64,000 bases of DNA from Mobula hypostoma (lineage: Eukaryota), in contig NC_086097.1 in the NCBI RefSeq assembly GCF_963921235.1, positions 199,890,001-199,954,000 on the forward strand, in the 5' to 3' direction. Each line of letters opens with the position of its first letter. Position 1 is the first letter of the stretch. The notes beneath the pieces were generated by a model, which worked only from the letters and a program-made list of their open reading frames with translations, was not told the origin of the DNA and made no database searches. A program made the translations under genes and the position numbers. Shown in pieces: positions 25,049 through 37,950 of this stretch.

Positions 25049-26106
25049 TCTATATTCTACTAAAACTCTCATGCTGTGACCTCCAATTAGCGCAAACGGT
25101 GCATTACAGTGGCACCTTTTTGGCTAAATCGAATTAAAATGCACTAACTTACAGAATGCAGGCAAAGTTCAAAGTTTATATTTCATATAAAATTGCTCAT
25201 TCGCCAAAATCAACAGGCTCGCTTTGACCCGAGGGACAATCCGCCATCATGGAAATCGGGACGCGACAGCCCAACGCATGCACACAGCCAGCCTCAGCAG
25301 CGACACCTACCGGAGCAAAAGGGCAGGGCAGCTCTATTTCGAGGGGTCACATTCTGCTAATCACCATCAGCATGTGCAGGATTGGGACAGATCTAACTGC
25401 CACCCATCAATAAGAGATAATTAAATCTTATTGTAATGACGTACTTCGAGGCACCCATAAAACCTTTTGCTGCAGTCAAAGGGCATCAGTGACTATATCA
25501 CATCCATTTAGGAGAGCGACAACCACATCAAGAATAATCAGCATCCTTTGGTGTTACTGCTTCGTATCTTCTATCCAGCATTAGGGTTAAAAAAAAAAAT
25601 GGTCAGCCTAATTATGCCATGTGGAAAGGGAAGGGGGACACTATGGTCAAGAGATGACACCAAACATCATCGGAAAGTGGCAAGGAGAGGGAGAGAACAA
25701 GAATCGGATGAGGCCAGGGCCGCACGACTCCAGGATCAAAGATGAGAGAAGAAGAGACAGGAGGAGAGGCATGCACATCTCCAGGATCAGAGACAAACAA
25801 CAAACAGCAGAAGAGATGAAGAGACGGGGGATGGAAGGACTGCACGTCTCCAGAATGACAACGAGAGGCACAAGGGTGGCAGATAAATCAGAAATGATGC
25901 CATCAAAAGTGTCCTCCGTTAAACGAGGAGCAGCTATATTTGCTTTGCTACGCGTCGTTCTTTTTAAATAAACAGGTTTTCTACTTCAGTTTCCAAGGCA
26001 AAGCGATACCAATAGTGTTCAGGAAAATTTAATGTACATTCTGGTCACATCAGACTGCACTACCCTTCTCTCAAAGGGTGCCCCAGCGGGTCACCCTGTT
26101 GTCTAG
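25049..26106 (+). mobile_element. Non-autonomous Helitron
   Basis: 5' A|TCTATATTCTACTAAAA; 3' hairpin gggtgccccagcgggtcaccc (26076-26096) then CTAG|T; no TSD; internal STPR-like peptide REQESDEARAARLQDQR. Confidence 0.8.
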
Positions 26107-26111
26107 TACTA

Positions 26112-27930
26112 AATCCCAAGGGTTTCTACCTTTATATAAATAGCAAAAGGATAGTGAGGGATAAAATTGGTCCCTTAGAGAATCAGAGTGGAGGGCTATG
26201 TGTGGAGCCAAAAGAGATGGGGGAGATTCTTAACAATTTCGTTTCTTCCATATTCACTAAGGTGAAGGATATTGAATTGTGTAAGATAAGGGAAACTGGT
26301 AGGGAAGGTATGGAAACTATGATGATTAAAGTAGTAGTAGTGCTGGTGCTTTTAAGGAATATAAAAGTGGATAAGGCTCCGGGTCCTGACACGATATTCC
26401 CTAGGACATTGAGGGAAGTTAGTGTGGAAATAGAAATAGAAATATTTCAAATGTCATTAGAAACGGGGATGGTGACGGAGGATTGGCGTATTGCTCATGT
26501 GGTTCCGTTGTTTAGAAAGGGTTCTAAGAGTAAACCTGGCAATTATCGGCCTGTGAGTTTAACGTCAGTGGTGGGTAAATTGATGGAAAATATTCTTTGA
26601 GATGGTGTGTATAATTATCTGGATAGACGCAGTCTGATTAGGAACAGTCAACATGGATTTGTGCATGGAAGGTCATGTTTGACAAATCTTTTTGAATTTT
26701 TTGAAGCGGTTACTAGGAATGTTGATGGTAAAGCGGTGGATGTTGTCTATATGGACTTCAGTAAGGCCTTTGACAAGGTCCCACACAGAAGGTTGGTTAG
26801 GAAGGTTCAATTGTTAGCTATTAATATTGAAGTAGTAAAATGGATTCAGCAGTGGCTGGATGGGAGATGCCAGAGAGTAGTGGTGGAAAACTGTTTGTCA
26901 GATTGGAGGCCAGTGACTAGTGGTGTACCTCAGGGATCTGTACTGGGTCCAATGTTGCTTGTCATATACATTAATGATCTGGATGATGGGGTGGTAAATT
27001 GGATTAGTAAGTATGCAGATGATACTAAGATGGCTGGCGTTGTGGATAATGAAGTAGGTTTTCAAAGCTTGCAGAGATTTAGGCCAGTTAGAAGAGTGGG
27101 CTGAAAGATGGCAGATGGAGTTTAATGCTGATAAATGTGAGGTGCTACACTTTGGTAGGAGTAATCAAAATAGGACATACATGGTAAATGGTAGGGCATT
27201 GAAGAATGCAGGAGAACAGAGGAATCTACAAACATTTGTAGGAATAATGGTGCATAGTTCCCTGAAGGTGGAATCTCATGTGGATAGGGTGGTGAAGAAA
27301 GCTATTGGTATGCTGGCCTTTATAAATCAGAGCATTGAGTATAGGAGTTGGGATGTAATGTTGAAATTGTATAAGGCATTGGTGAGGCCAAATTTGGAGT
27401 ATTGTGTACAATTCTGGTCACCGAATTATAGGAAAGATGTCAACAAAATAGAGAGGGTACAGAGAAGATTTACTAGAATGTTACCTGGGTTTCATCACCT
27501 AAGTTACAGAGAAAGGTTGAACAAGTTGGGTCTTTATTCTTTGGAACATAGAAGGTTGAGGGGGGACTTGATACAGGTACTTAAGATTACGAGAGGGATA
27601 GATAGAGTTGACGTGGATAGGCTTTTTCCATTGAGAGTGGGGGAGATTCAAACAAGAGGACATGAGTTGAGGGTTAAAGGGCAAAAGTTTAGGGGTAACA
27701 TGAGGGAGAACTTCTTTACTCAGAGAGTGGTGGCTGTGTGGAACAAGCTTCCAGCAGAAGTGGTTGAGGCAGGTTCAATGATGTCGTTTAAAGTTAAACT
27801 GGATAGCTATATGGACAGGAGGGTTATGGGCTGAGTGCAGGTCGGTGGGTCTAGGTGAGAGTAAGAGTTCGGCACGGACTAGAAGGGCCAAGATGGCCTG
27901 TTTCCATGTTGTAATTGTTATATGGTTATA
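26112..27930 (+). mobile_element. CR1 LINE, 5'-truncated ORF2 with a few disruptions
   Basis: ORFs 26154-26600, 26607-27104 (GVPQGSVLGP, SKYADDTK), 27115-27834; simple-repeat tail. Confidence 0.92.
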
Positions 27931-28999
27931 TACAACCTTGAGATTCTTCTCACAGGCAGCCACAAAACAAACGCAATAGAACTTTTTTTTTAAATAAGCA
28001 CCCAATGTGCAGAAACAACAAATCGTGCAAACAATAAAAGTAAGCAAATGACATTCAGAACTGAAGTTCATGAAATTGAGTCCACAGCCACGAAACCAAT
28101 CACAGCTGATCCAGGAGCCTATTCGTTGCAGGCCCCAGCCTCAGTTCAGCACAGGGACAAGTAAACCTTGTGGAACAGCGAGCTGAACACTGGCCTGTTC
28201 CTCGCCTCTGTCCCCAACACCCTGATATTTTCAATCTGGCCCAGCACTTAAATTAGCCAAACCTCAGGTCGTTCCTTGTTCTCGGACCCAGGGCCTGCTT
28301 CTTCCACACATTCTCAGGCTCAATGCTTAAATCAGCAAAACAGCGAGTTGTTTCTTGATCACGGGCCCTGCCTCCTCGACTCTGCTGCGCCTTGGTTCTG
28401 GTACTTTGAATCATTTCCAAGTCAGCACAAGCAATGGCCAAACATTGACTCATTCCCTGCCTCTGGGCCTGGGCTTGGCTGCATAGATTTGGTTCCTGCA
28501 CACCACACTGCAACCGTCCTGCGCCTTCAAGACTTCAGTTCACACCACAAAAATGCCAGGCCATACAAGCAGTTTAAAACCTCAACTCCGAAAGGGAAGT
28601 TGCAGGCTATTGATTGAAGTGATCGTTTGAGAAAAAGTGTGAGTAATAAAATGGCTGCGTTTGCTGCTAGCAAGTCATCACTGCTCTTCACTAGCACCAT
28701 TTTAAACCACAATCAAATCATTATTCCTAGTCTCCAATTTCTGTTTATCAATCAATCCTTTATCCACACTGGTATATTATCCCCAACTGCTCCTACTTTG
28801 ATTAATAACTTATTAAAGCCCTCTGAAAATATATCCATTAGTTCCACCACATCCATTTCTGTTCTGCCAGTTACAGCCTACTTACGGTACGGTACACTAC
28901 ACAGGAGAAAGACTATTGCTCTAAAGCGACCAAGCTAATGTACAAATGAGAATAAAATCATAGAACATCGAAGACTGTGGCACAGTGCAGATCATTCAG

Positions 29000-31900
29000 G
29001 TCAATCATAGAAAAGTACAGCACTAAAATAGCTCCTTCAGTCAATCTATTCTGGGCAGAATCGGTTAGACTGCCTAATGCCATTGGCCTGCAACTGAACC
29101 AAAGCCATCTACCCTCTACCATCTGAGTAGCTATCCAAACTTCTCTTAAACGTTGAAATCTATCTTGCATGCACCACTTATCCTGCAGTTTGTTCTATAT
29201 TCTCACAATCTGTTGTGTTACCCTTAATTTTCTTGCCTTTCACCCTTAACCCATGACCTCTAGTTTTAGTCCCACCCAACCTCAGTGGAAGAAGCCTGCT
29301 TGCATTTGCCCTATCTATACCTCTCATAATTATGTATACCTCTGCCAAATCTCCCCACTGTTTACTACTTTCCAAGGAATTAATCCAAACCTCTTCAATC
29401 TTCCCTTATAACTAAGATCCTCCAGTCCAACAACATGCTGTAATTCCTCTCTGTACTCTTTCAACCTTCTTTACATCTTTCTTGCAGGTAGGTGACCAAA
29501 AGTGCACACAATACTCCAAATAAGACCTCACCAATGTACTACTTCAACATAACATCCCATCTCCTGTACTCAGTAGCTTGATTTATGAAAGCCAATGTAC
29601 TAAAGCTTTTTTTTTGTTACCCTATCAACCTGTGCCACCACTTTCAATGAATTATGGACCTGTATTCCAAGATTACTTTGTTCTACCACACTCTTGAGTG
29701 CCCTACTGTTCACTGTGTAAGACTTACCCTAGTTGGCTTTATCAAAGTGCAAAACCTCGCACTTGTCTGCATTAAATTCAATCTGCATTTTTCCAGCTGG
29801 TCTAGATCCCACTGCAAGCTTTGATAGTCTTTCTCACAGCCCACTGCACCCCCAGTCTTGGTGTCATCCACAAATTTGCTGATCTAGTTAACCACATTTA
29901 TCATCAAGATCATTGATATAAATGACAAACAACAATGGACTCAGCACTGATCTCTTCGGCATACGACTAGTGACAGGCCTCCAGTCAGAAAGGCAATCAT
30001 CTATTACCACTCTCTGGGGCTTCTTCCAGAAAGCCAAAGTCTGATCTAATTTCCTACCTCAATTTGAATGCCAAGCAACTGAACCCTTCCCAACCAACCA
30101 ACCTTGTCAAATGTCTTTCTAAAGTCCATGTAGACAACTTCCAATCTCTTGCCTTCATCAATTTTCTTGGTAACTTCCTCGAAAAACTCCATAAGATTGC
30201 ATAGGCATGAACTACCATGCACAAATCTATGCTGACTATCCCTAATCAGTCCTTGTCTATCCAAATACTTGTATATCTGGTCCCTTAGAATACTTTCCAA
30301 TAACTTTCCCATTACTGTTGTCAGGTTCAGCGGCATATAATTTCCTTGGTTTATTAGATACATAGAAACAGAAAACCTACAGCACAATACAGGCCCTTTG
30401 GCCCACAAAACTGTACCAAACATGTCCTTAGAAATTACCTAGGGTTACCCATAGCCCTCTATTTTTCTAAGCTCCATGTACCTATACAGGAGTCTCTTAA
30501 AAGACCGTAAAGTTTCTGCCTCTACCACCATTGCCAGCAGCCCATTCCACGCTCTCAGCACGATCTGCATAAAAAAAACTTACCCCTGACATCTCCTCTG
30601 TACCAACCTCCAAGCACCTGAAAAGTGCCCTCTCATGCTAACCACTTCAGCCCCAGGAAAAAGCCTCTGACTATGATCAATACCTCTCATCATCTTGTAC
30701 AGCTCTATCAGATCACCTCTCATCTTCCGTTGCTCCAAGGTGACAAGGCCAAGTTCACTTAACCTATTCTCATAAGGCATTCTCCCCAAACCAGGCAACA
30801 TCCTTGTACGTCTCCTCTGCACCCTTTCTATGGTTTCCACATCCTTCCTGTGGTGAGGCGATCAGCACTGAGCACAGTATTCCAAGTGGGATCTGACCAG
30901 GGTCCTATATAGCTGCAACATTACCTCTCGGCTCTTAAACTCAGTCCCATGATTGATGAAGGCCAATCTTAACCACAGAATCAACCAGTGCAGTAGCTTT
31001 TGAGTGTCCGATGGACTTGGACCCCAAGATCCATCTGATCCTCCACACTGCCAAGAGTCTTCCATTAATGCTATATTCTGCCATCATATTTGACCTCCCA
31101 AAATGAGCCACCTCACACTTATCTGGGTTGAACTCCATCTGCCACTTCTCAGCCCAGTTTTGCATCCTATCAATGTCCCACTGTAACCTCTGACAGCCCT
31201 CCAAACTAGCCACAACACCCCCACCCCTTGTTTCATCAGCCTCCCACAGTAGCCTGGAGTACATCTTGTCTGGTCCCGGTGTCTTATCCAACTTGATGCT
31301 TTCCAAAACCTCCAGTACATCCTCTTCCTTAATATCTACATACTCAAGCTTTTCAGTCCACTGTAAGTCATCCCTACAATTGCCAAGATCCTTCTCCGTA
31401 GTGAATACTGAAGCAAAGTACTCATTAAGTACCTCTGCTGTCTCCTTCGGTTCCATACACAATTTTCCATTGTCACACTTGATTGGTCCTATTCTCTCAC
31501 GTCTTATCCTCTTGTTCTTCACATACTTGTAGAATGCCTTGGGGTTTTCCTTAATCCTCCTCGCCAAGGCTTTCTCATGGCCCCTTCTGGCTCTCCTAAT
31601 TTCATTCTTAAGCTCCTTCCTGCTAGCCTTATAATCTTCTAGATCTCTATCATTACCTAGTTTTTTGAACCTTTCATAAGCTCTTCTTTTTTTCTTGACT
31701 AGATTTACAACAGCCTTTGTACACCATGGTTCCTGTAACCTACTATCCTTTCCCTGTCTCATTGGAACGTACCTATGCAGAACGCCACTCAAATATTCCC
31801 TGAACATTTGCCACATTTCTTCCGTAGATTTCCCTGAGAACATCTATTTCCAATTTATGCTTCCAAGTTCCTGCCTGATAGCCTCATATTTCCCCTCACT

Positions 31901-32880
31901 CCAATTAAATACTTTCCTAACTTGTCTGTTCCTATCCCTCTCCAATGCTATGGTAATTTTTAGAGCCTTTCTTAAACAGTGGAGCAGCATTAGCTATCCT
32001 CCGACCTTCTGATACCTCACCTGTCACTAGAGATGAGTTAAACATCTCTGCTAAGTCTGCTGCAATTTCTGCACTTGCCTCCCACAGGGTCCAATGGAGC
32101 ACCCTGTCAGGCCCTGGGGATTTATTCACCCTAATTCACCTTGACAGCAAACACCTCCTCTTCTCTAATCTGTGTAGGGTCCATGATCCCACTGCTGCTT
32201 TTCCTTACTATTCTGAGTCTTTCTCCCGCGTAAATACAGATGTAAAAAGAAACTCCACTCAAGATCTCCTCTTTTGTCTCTATGCATAGATTACCATTCT
32301 GATCTTCCAGAGAACCAATTATGCCCCTTGCAATCCTTTGCTCTTAACAATCCTTTTCTACTAGGAACTCCATGCCTTCTTTCAGCCATCCTGATTTTTT
32401 CCTTAAGTGTTCTCTTGCATATCTTATACTCCAGAAGTACCTCATCTGTTCCCACCAGTCTATACCTTCTTTGTGCATCCTTTTCTTTTTCTTAACCAAG
32501 GCCTCAATGACTCTTGAAAACCAAGTTTCCCTACTCCTGTTTCCTTTATATTTTTATTCTGACTGGCACATACAAGCTTTGTACTCTCAAAATTTCACTT
32601 CTGAAGTTCTTCAACTTACCAAGTACACATTTGCCAGAAAACAGCCTGTCCCAATCCACACTTGCCAGATTCTTTCTGATACTATCAAAATTGGCCTTCC
32701 TCAAATTTAGAATCTCGACCCATGGACCAGACCTACCCTTTTCCATATTTACTTTGAAACTAATGGCATTATGATTATTACACGGTAAGTGTTCCCATAC
32801 AGAAACTTCTGTCAACTGCCCTCTTTTGTTCCTAATACGAAGCTATGTATCACACACTCTCTCACTGGGTCTTCTATGTA
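29000..32880 (-). mobile_element. Nested CR1 elements; inner copy (about 30358-31954) has an internal deletion of the RT core
   Basis: ORFs 29178-29375, 30046-30423, 30580-30840, 30941-31843, 31932-32129, 32546-32815; the inner ORF jumps from SRLLWEA to DETRGGGVV. Confidence 0.85.
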
Positions 32881-33628
32881 TGATATGCCAACCTTTTAAC
32901 CGACTCTGCCATCCATCCTTCCTACATAATCTTTCATTTTTCTATCATCCATGTGCAACCTAAGTTTCTTAAACACCCTTATTGTATCTAACTCTACCAA
33001 CACCCCGGCTACTTGCTGTATAAAAGAACTTATTTCTGACTGTCCCCCTATATTCTCCAATCACCTTAAAAATAATGCCCCCAGTCCTTTAATGCAAAAT
33101 ATAAACGCTGTAATGGAGGACTAAGTCTTTGTCACTTGAATAACTGTTTCCAAGGAAACCGATCATTAGTTGATCTTTGAGGACAAACGATACCTCTTAA
33201 GTCTGAGAGAATAACATGTAACTTTGCTTAGTTAACTAACAATATACACAGAAGAAAAGGGAAGAGTTGAGGAATTGTACAGCATAGTAATGGAACCTGT
33301 GGTCCAACTGTGATGCTTATCTGCACTAATCCTATTTCCCTGTATTTAACCCATATCTCTCTTCCTTTTCTGTGGTTATAGCTGCTCTTACCACTTCCAT
33401 CAGCTTGATTCATATATGCAGCCCCCTTCAAGGGAAAACCTTGCCTCAAAACTTTGGTCAGGCCACACCGGTGCAGTTCTGGTTGCTACATTATGGAAGG
33501 ATGTGGGGGATTTGGAAAGGTACTGAAGTGGTTTACCAGATGTTGTCTGGTTTTGATGGTATTAGTTATCAGGAGACATCAGATAAAGTTATTTTCTCTG
33601 GAGCAAAGGAACCTGACACAAGTATATA

Positions 33629-33695
33629 CAGAACTGTGCAAAAGACTTAGGCACATATACACAGCTAGGGTGCCTAGGACTTTTGCACAGTACTG
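33629..33695. mobile_element. 67-bp Tc1/mariner mini-MITE
   Basis: 26-bp TIRs cagaactgtgcaaaagacttaggcac / gtgcctaggacttttgcacagtactg flanked by TA; a degenerate inverted copy lies at about 34090-34165. Confidence 0.75.
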
Positions 33696-35382
33696 TATTT
33701 GTCAATATGGAGCAGGGAGCCAGTTTGTAAATCTGGCTGGAGCAGTGGATGTTGGGAATGGAGAGAGCACAGCACCGTGGGAGTGTTGTGATGCAGGTGA
33801 CAAAGGAGGAGTGCCAGGAGCAAGGGAGTGGTATGGGTGCAGACACACCCAGCTCTAAGATATCAGGCAAGATCATTTGATTCCAACTAATTGGTTTATT
33901 GATCATTGCAGAATGCCTTTCCAGAGCTTCCCGCTCCCTCCCCTCTCCCCTTTCCCAACCATGATTCCCCTCTCCCTGCCCCCTTGCCACTATCAGTCCA
34001 CAATCCGAATTAGATTTATCATATATATCACATATATCATGAAATTTGATTTTTTGCATCAGAAGTACAGAGCGATATGTAAAATCACTACAATATTGTG
34101 TGAAATTCATAGGCACCCTAGCTATAGGTTATATGTGCTTAAGACATTTTCACAGAGATTTCTGCATGAGGTTATGAGATGCATAAATAGAGTAGGCAGT
34201 CAAACATTTTATCCCAGTGTGGAAACATCAAATACCAAAGGGTATAGTTTTAAAGCAAGAGGGGGGATATTTACATGGAGTGTGTGCTCCTTTTCACATG
34301 AGCAGTAGTTGCCGGGAATGCAGTGCCAGGGCAGCTGGTGGGAGCGGACAGGCAATGTCTGAGGCATTCAGACAGCCAGTGGACTGTTAACAAGTGGAGG
34401 CACAAGCAAATGTACAAGCAAATGGGATTATTTTAATTTGGCATCATGATTTGACAGACATGGGGTACCAAAGAGTTTGCTCCTTACTGTACTAGTCTAT
34501 ATTATAATTAGACGAATGAGCATTTCAATCTAATTAATGATTGATTTGCATTTGCCAGTCTCTAAAATATGCTCTAGAAGCAGAAAGAGTGGGAGGGACA
34601 AAGGAAAGGGAAACAGAAGACAGTGCATTCACTAGTCTGTTCCTTACCATGATTGTTTCAAGGTATGAAGGTCTATTTCCAAATCTATGTCATTTTAAAA
34701 AAAGCAGACCCTAGTTTGACAAATCATTCCAGAAATTGCAACTCTGGGAGGAAGGAAGCCATGAATCATCTCAGTTCTCAAATTTTCCAATCCCAGATCT
34801 CAGAAATATAGGACACTGATCTGGCTTTTCCAGCCCAGTGATTTCCATCATCTATAGAAGAAAAAGTGTATTAAAGAATCCTTTGTTAGTGAAGCACACT
34901 TGAGTTATGGAACGGATGCACATCCAGGATTGTTTTTACATTCCATTGGTATCAATTAGCCCAGGTATGAGAGAATTAATTTACCAGGCTATTAAATTCA
35001 TTGAATAAGTACTTGGTCATGTTGGCTCATTACAAGCTGCCTGATAAATGGCACAATTGTAGCTGGAAATGTATGAAGAATGTTTTTATTGTATAATCTG
35101 TGTTGTTACATCTTGGTCCATGTAGCAGACTTTAAACCAGCTTTGCATACAATGTACACAGAGCAACTAGTAACAGTATCATTTGGTCAGTGATTACAGT
35201 TAAGATGTAGATTTAGCAGCAAAGTGACCATTTCTTTTCATACCCTTTTTGCCATACTTATGACCTCGGGTCACTCATTCCATTTGACACACCGGTGCTG
35301 GTTTCCCTGCTTCCATTTACATGTCAGGGTGCTTGTTCCTGCATTCACTGTTACTCTCTGGCATGCCAGATCAAGTTGCATT

Positions 35383-35549
35383 TTAATGCACAGGGCTCTT
35401 GTTCCTGTGCACTTCGATTACACTGGGTCTCCAATTCCCATTGTTTTCCTTAACTCCCGTGTTTCTCGTGCTTCCCTGAAACAGTGGTGTCTCATTTCCT
35501 GCATTCCCTTCAGGCTTACTGGAAAATTTATTATACTGCAGTGTAACAT
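35383..35549 (-). other. Candidate terminal coding exon of an unidentified convergent gene
   Basis: Acceptor ttaattttttcag; open frame DVTLQYNKFSSKPEGNAGNETPLFQG...NKSPVH*; minus-strand AATAAA at 35085-35090; no recognised homology. Confidence 0.3.
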
Positions 35550-37079
35550 CTGAAAAAATTAATTAAAATATTTGAAATTTAATATGAATCCTATCTAATA
35601 AATAATGGGGAAAATCTGTTAAACAACTAAGGGGAGAAAGAATGCTCAAGGTAATTCCAATTCCCAACACTCACTGAGCTCGCTACTAAAAGCAATAGAC
35701 AAAGTTGAATTTTTCTGCAGTTAGTTATAAGTAGATGTGCTGAGCCAATGCTACATACCCATAGTCATCCAGTTTTGAAACAGGCCTTTGGCCCCATCGT
35801 AACCATACCATCCATCAAGTATCTATTTATACTATTTACATTTAGCAGCGTTAGTAAAAGACTTCTGTTCTGTGGCGAGTCAAATACCACAGTCTACTTA
35901 AACAATGTGAGTAGATCCATAACAGATTTCAATCATCCTTGTGGCTGTAAAGATCTTCCTCAGATCACTCTAAATCTCTTATTCCTTTTGTCTCAACCTT
36001 TGTTATCTAAAACTAGAGGGATATGCTACAGAGAAAATGCAGACAATGGGGAGAAACCACAATGTACAACCCGCTTGCATTGTTCTCATAAGGATGTATG
36101 ATGGACCAAAAGCCATCACCTCTAGCTGAATCTGTAATAAAAAATGCTGATGAAGAAAGCCTATTGACGTTACATATGCAATGGCACAACCATGTATACC
36201 CATCATTCTCCATGTGATTTAACTCACTATTTTCACTTCATACATGTTAGTGTCAATTATTCCATAATTAATTCAAGTGGTATGATTTATCAAGATCCAA
36301 ATCTAACCATGCATGAAATAAACAATATTCTCCACTCATTTAACATAATTTGAATATATTGTAAACTCTTAATACAAGATGATGCTATTGCAAATCAGCC
36401 CTAAACATATTTCTCTAAATCAAATTGAATGTCAATCTGGAGCACTATAGAAGGGACAGGATCTTTGGCCCATGGCTCCTGCACCAACCATGTTGCCGAT
36501 TCAAACTGAACATCTGCCTGCCTATGGTTCATGTCCCTCATTTCCTGCCCCTTAATGGACCTGGTTAACTGCCTTTCAAGCATTACTACTGTATCTGTTT
36601 CCACTGCCTCTTCTGGCAGTCCATTCCAGACACCTACCAACATCTATGTAGGAAAACTTGCCAGGTAACTCTCCTGTAAGCTGTCCAACCTTTCCCTGTG
36701 GTTAATACTGTCTAATCCAGGCAGCATCTTAATAAGCCTCTTCTGCATCACCTACTCAAAAACCATACAACCTTCTATAATGAGGCAATCAGAACAGGCA
36801 CACAGCATCCTAAATGAGACCTAACCAAAGTTTTCTACAGCTGCAACATTGCTTCTGGGCTTTTATGCTCGACACCCTGACTGCTGAAGACAATTGGCCC
36901 ATATGACTTTTTTTAAACCACACTATCTACTTGTGTTACCAATTTCAGGGAATTATGGACTTGCACCCAAATATCGCGCTGTACATTAGTGCTCCATTCT
37001 GCCATTTACTGTGTTCTTCCATCTTAAGTTCTGCTTCCCTCAGGTGCAGCAACTCACTTGTCTGATTTAAATCCCATCT

Positions 37080-37263
37080 ACCACTTCTCTGCCTATATTT
37101 CCAATTCATTAACCTCTGCCCACATTTCCAGTTGGATAACCTCTGCCCACAATTCCAACCGGATAACCTCTGCCCACACTTCCAACCGGATAACCTCTGC
37201 CCACACTTCCAACCGGATAACCTCTGCCCACAATTCCAACCGGATAACCTCTGCCCACACTTC
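37080..37263. repeat. 27-bp minisatellite at the end of a CR1 remnant
   Basis: Unit ggataacctctgcccaca(c/a)ttccaacc starts at 37134, 37161, 37188, 37215 and 37242 (partial), with two degenerate units upstream. Confidence 0.9.
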
Positions 37264-37950
37264 AAGAGCACCCAAATTAAAGGAAAACTCAAACAGTTAT
37301 TTTTTTTTTCTATTTTGAATAGCAAGCAAAGTAACTGCTTCCAGAAAGTGGCAATTGATGGATGGTCTCCAATATTTCAATTTACAACCATTCAAGTAGG
37401 TGCAGATTTATCCTGAGGCTTTTAGTAGAAACACTGAATTATATTACATTAAATTCCCTTCCTGAGTAGCCAGTAGCACAGTCTCTTTCAGACTTGGAAC
37501 ATTTTAAAGCTAAAGGACATTTGCAGACTGACAAAGGTCAGTCTGAATCACTGGCAGCTTTGGCACACAAGTTTGATTAGAAAGGTCATTTAAAAGAAAA
37601 CATTTTCTGTCATTGGTGTTTCTACTCCAAATTTAGGAATACTGTGTCTGAACCATCCAGAGCCATGTGAAAATGTTTCAAATTTTGATCCACACTTAAA
37701 TGCCCCAAGGATATATAAAGTACAGACAATCTTAAATTAAGTTCAATTGAAGGGAGAGAAAAAACAAGGTTCCATGATGCATGTCAAGTGAATCACTGCC
37801 TCTTTTATGATTGTTGAGGTTGAGCTTTCTCCCATTACTGCCTATGCAAGGAATAAAAAATGTAATCAAAGTAGCATCTCCGAGACACAAGAACTGCAAA
37901 TACTGGTATCTGGAGCAGAGCAACTCAGTCTGTGAATGGAAATGTACAGT

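Noticed and set aside
36003..36090. Signal-peptide-like MRTMQAGCTLWFLPIVCIFSVAYPSS on the minus strand
   Set aside because: Ends in a stop with no convincing donor or downstream exon
36945..37416. Repetitive ORFs (CGQRLSGWK and QPDNLCPHF repeats) as a repeat protein or CRISPR-like array
   Set aside because: Artefact of a 27-bp tandem repeat with no spacers, derived from CR1
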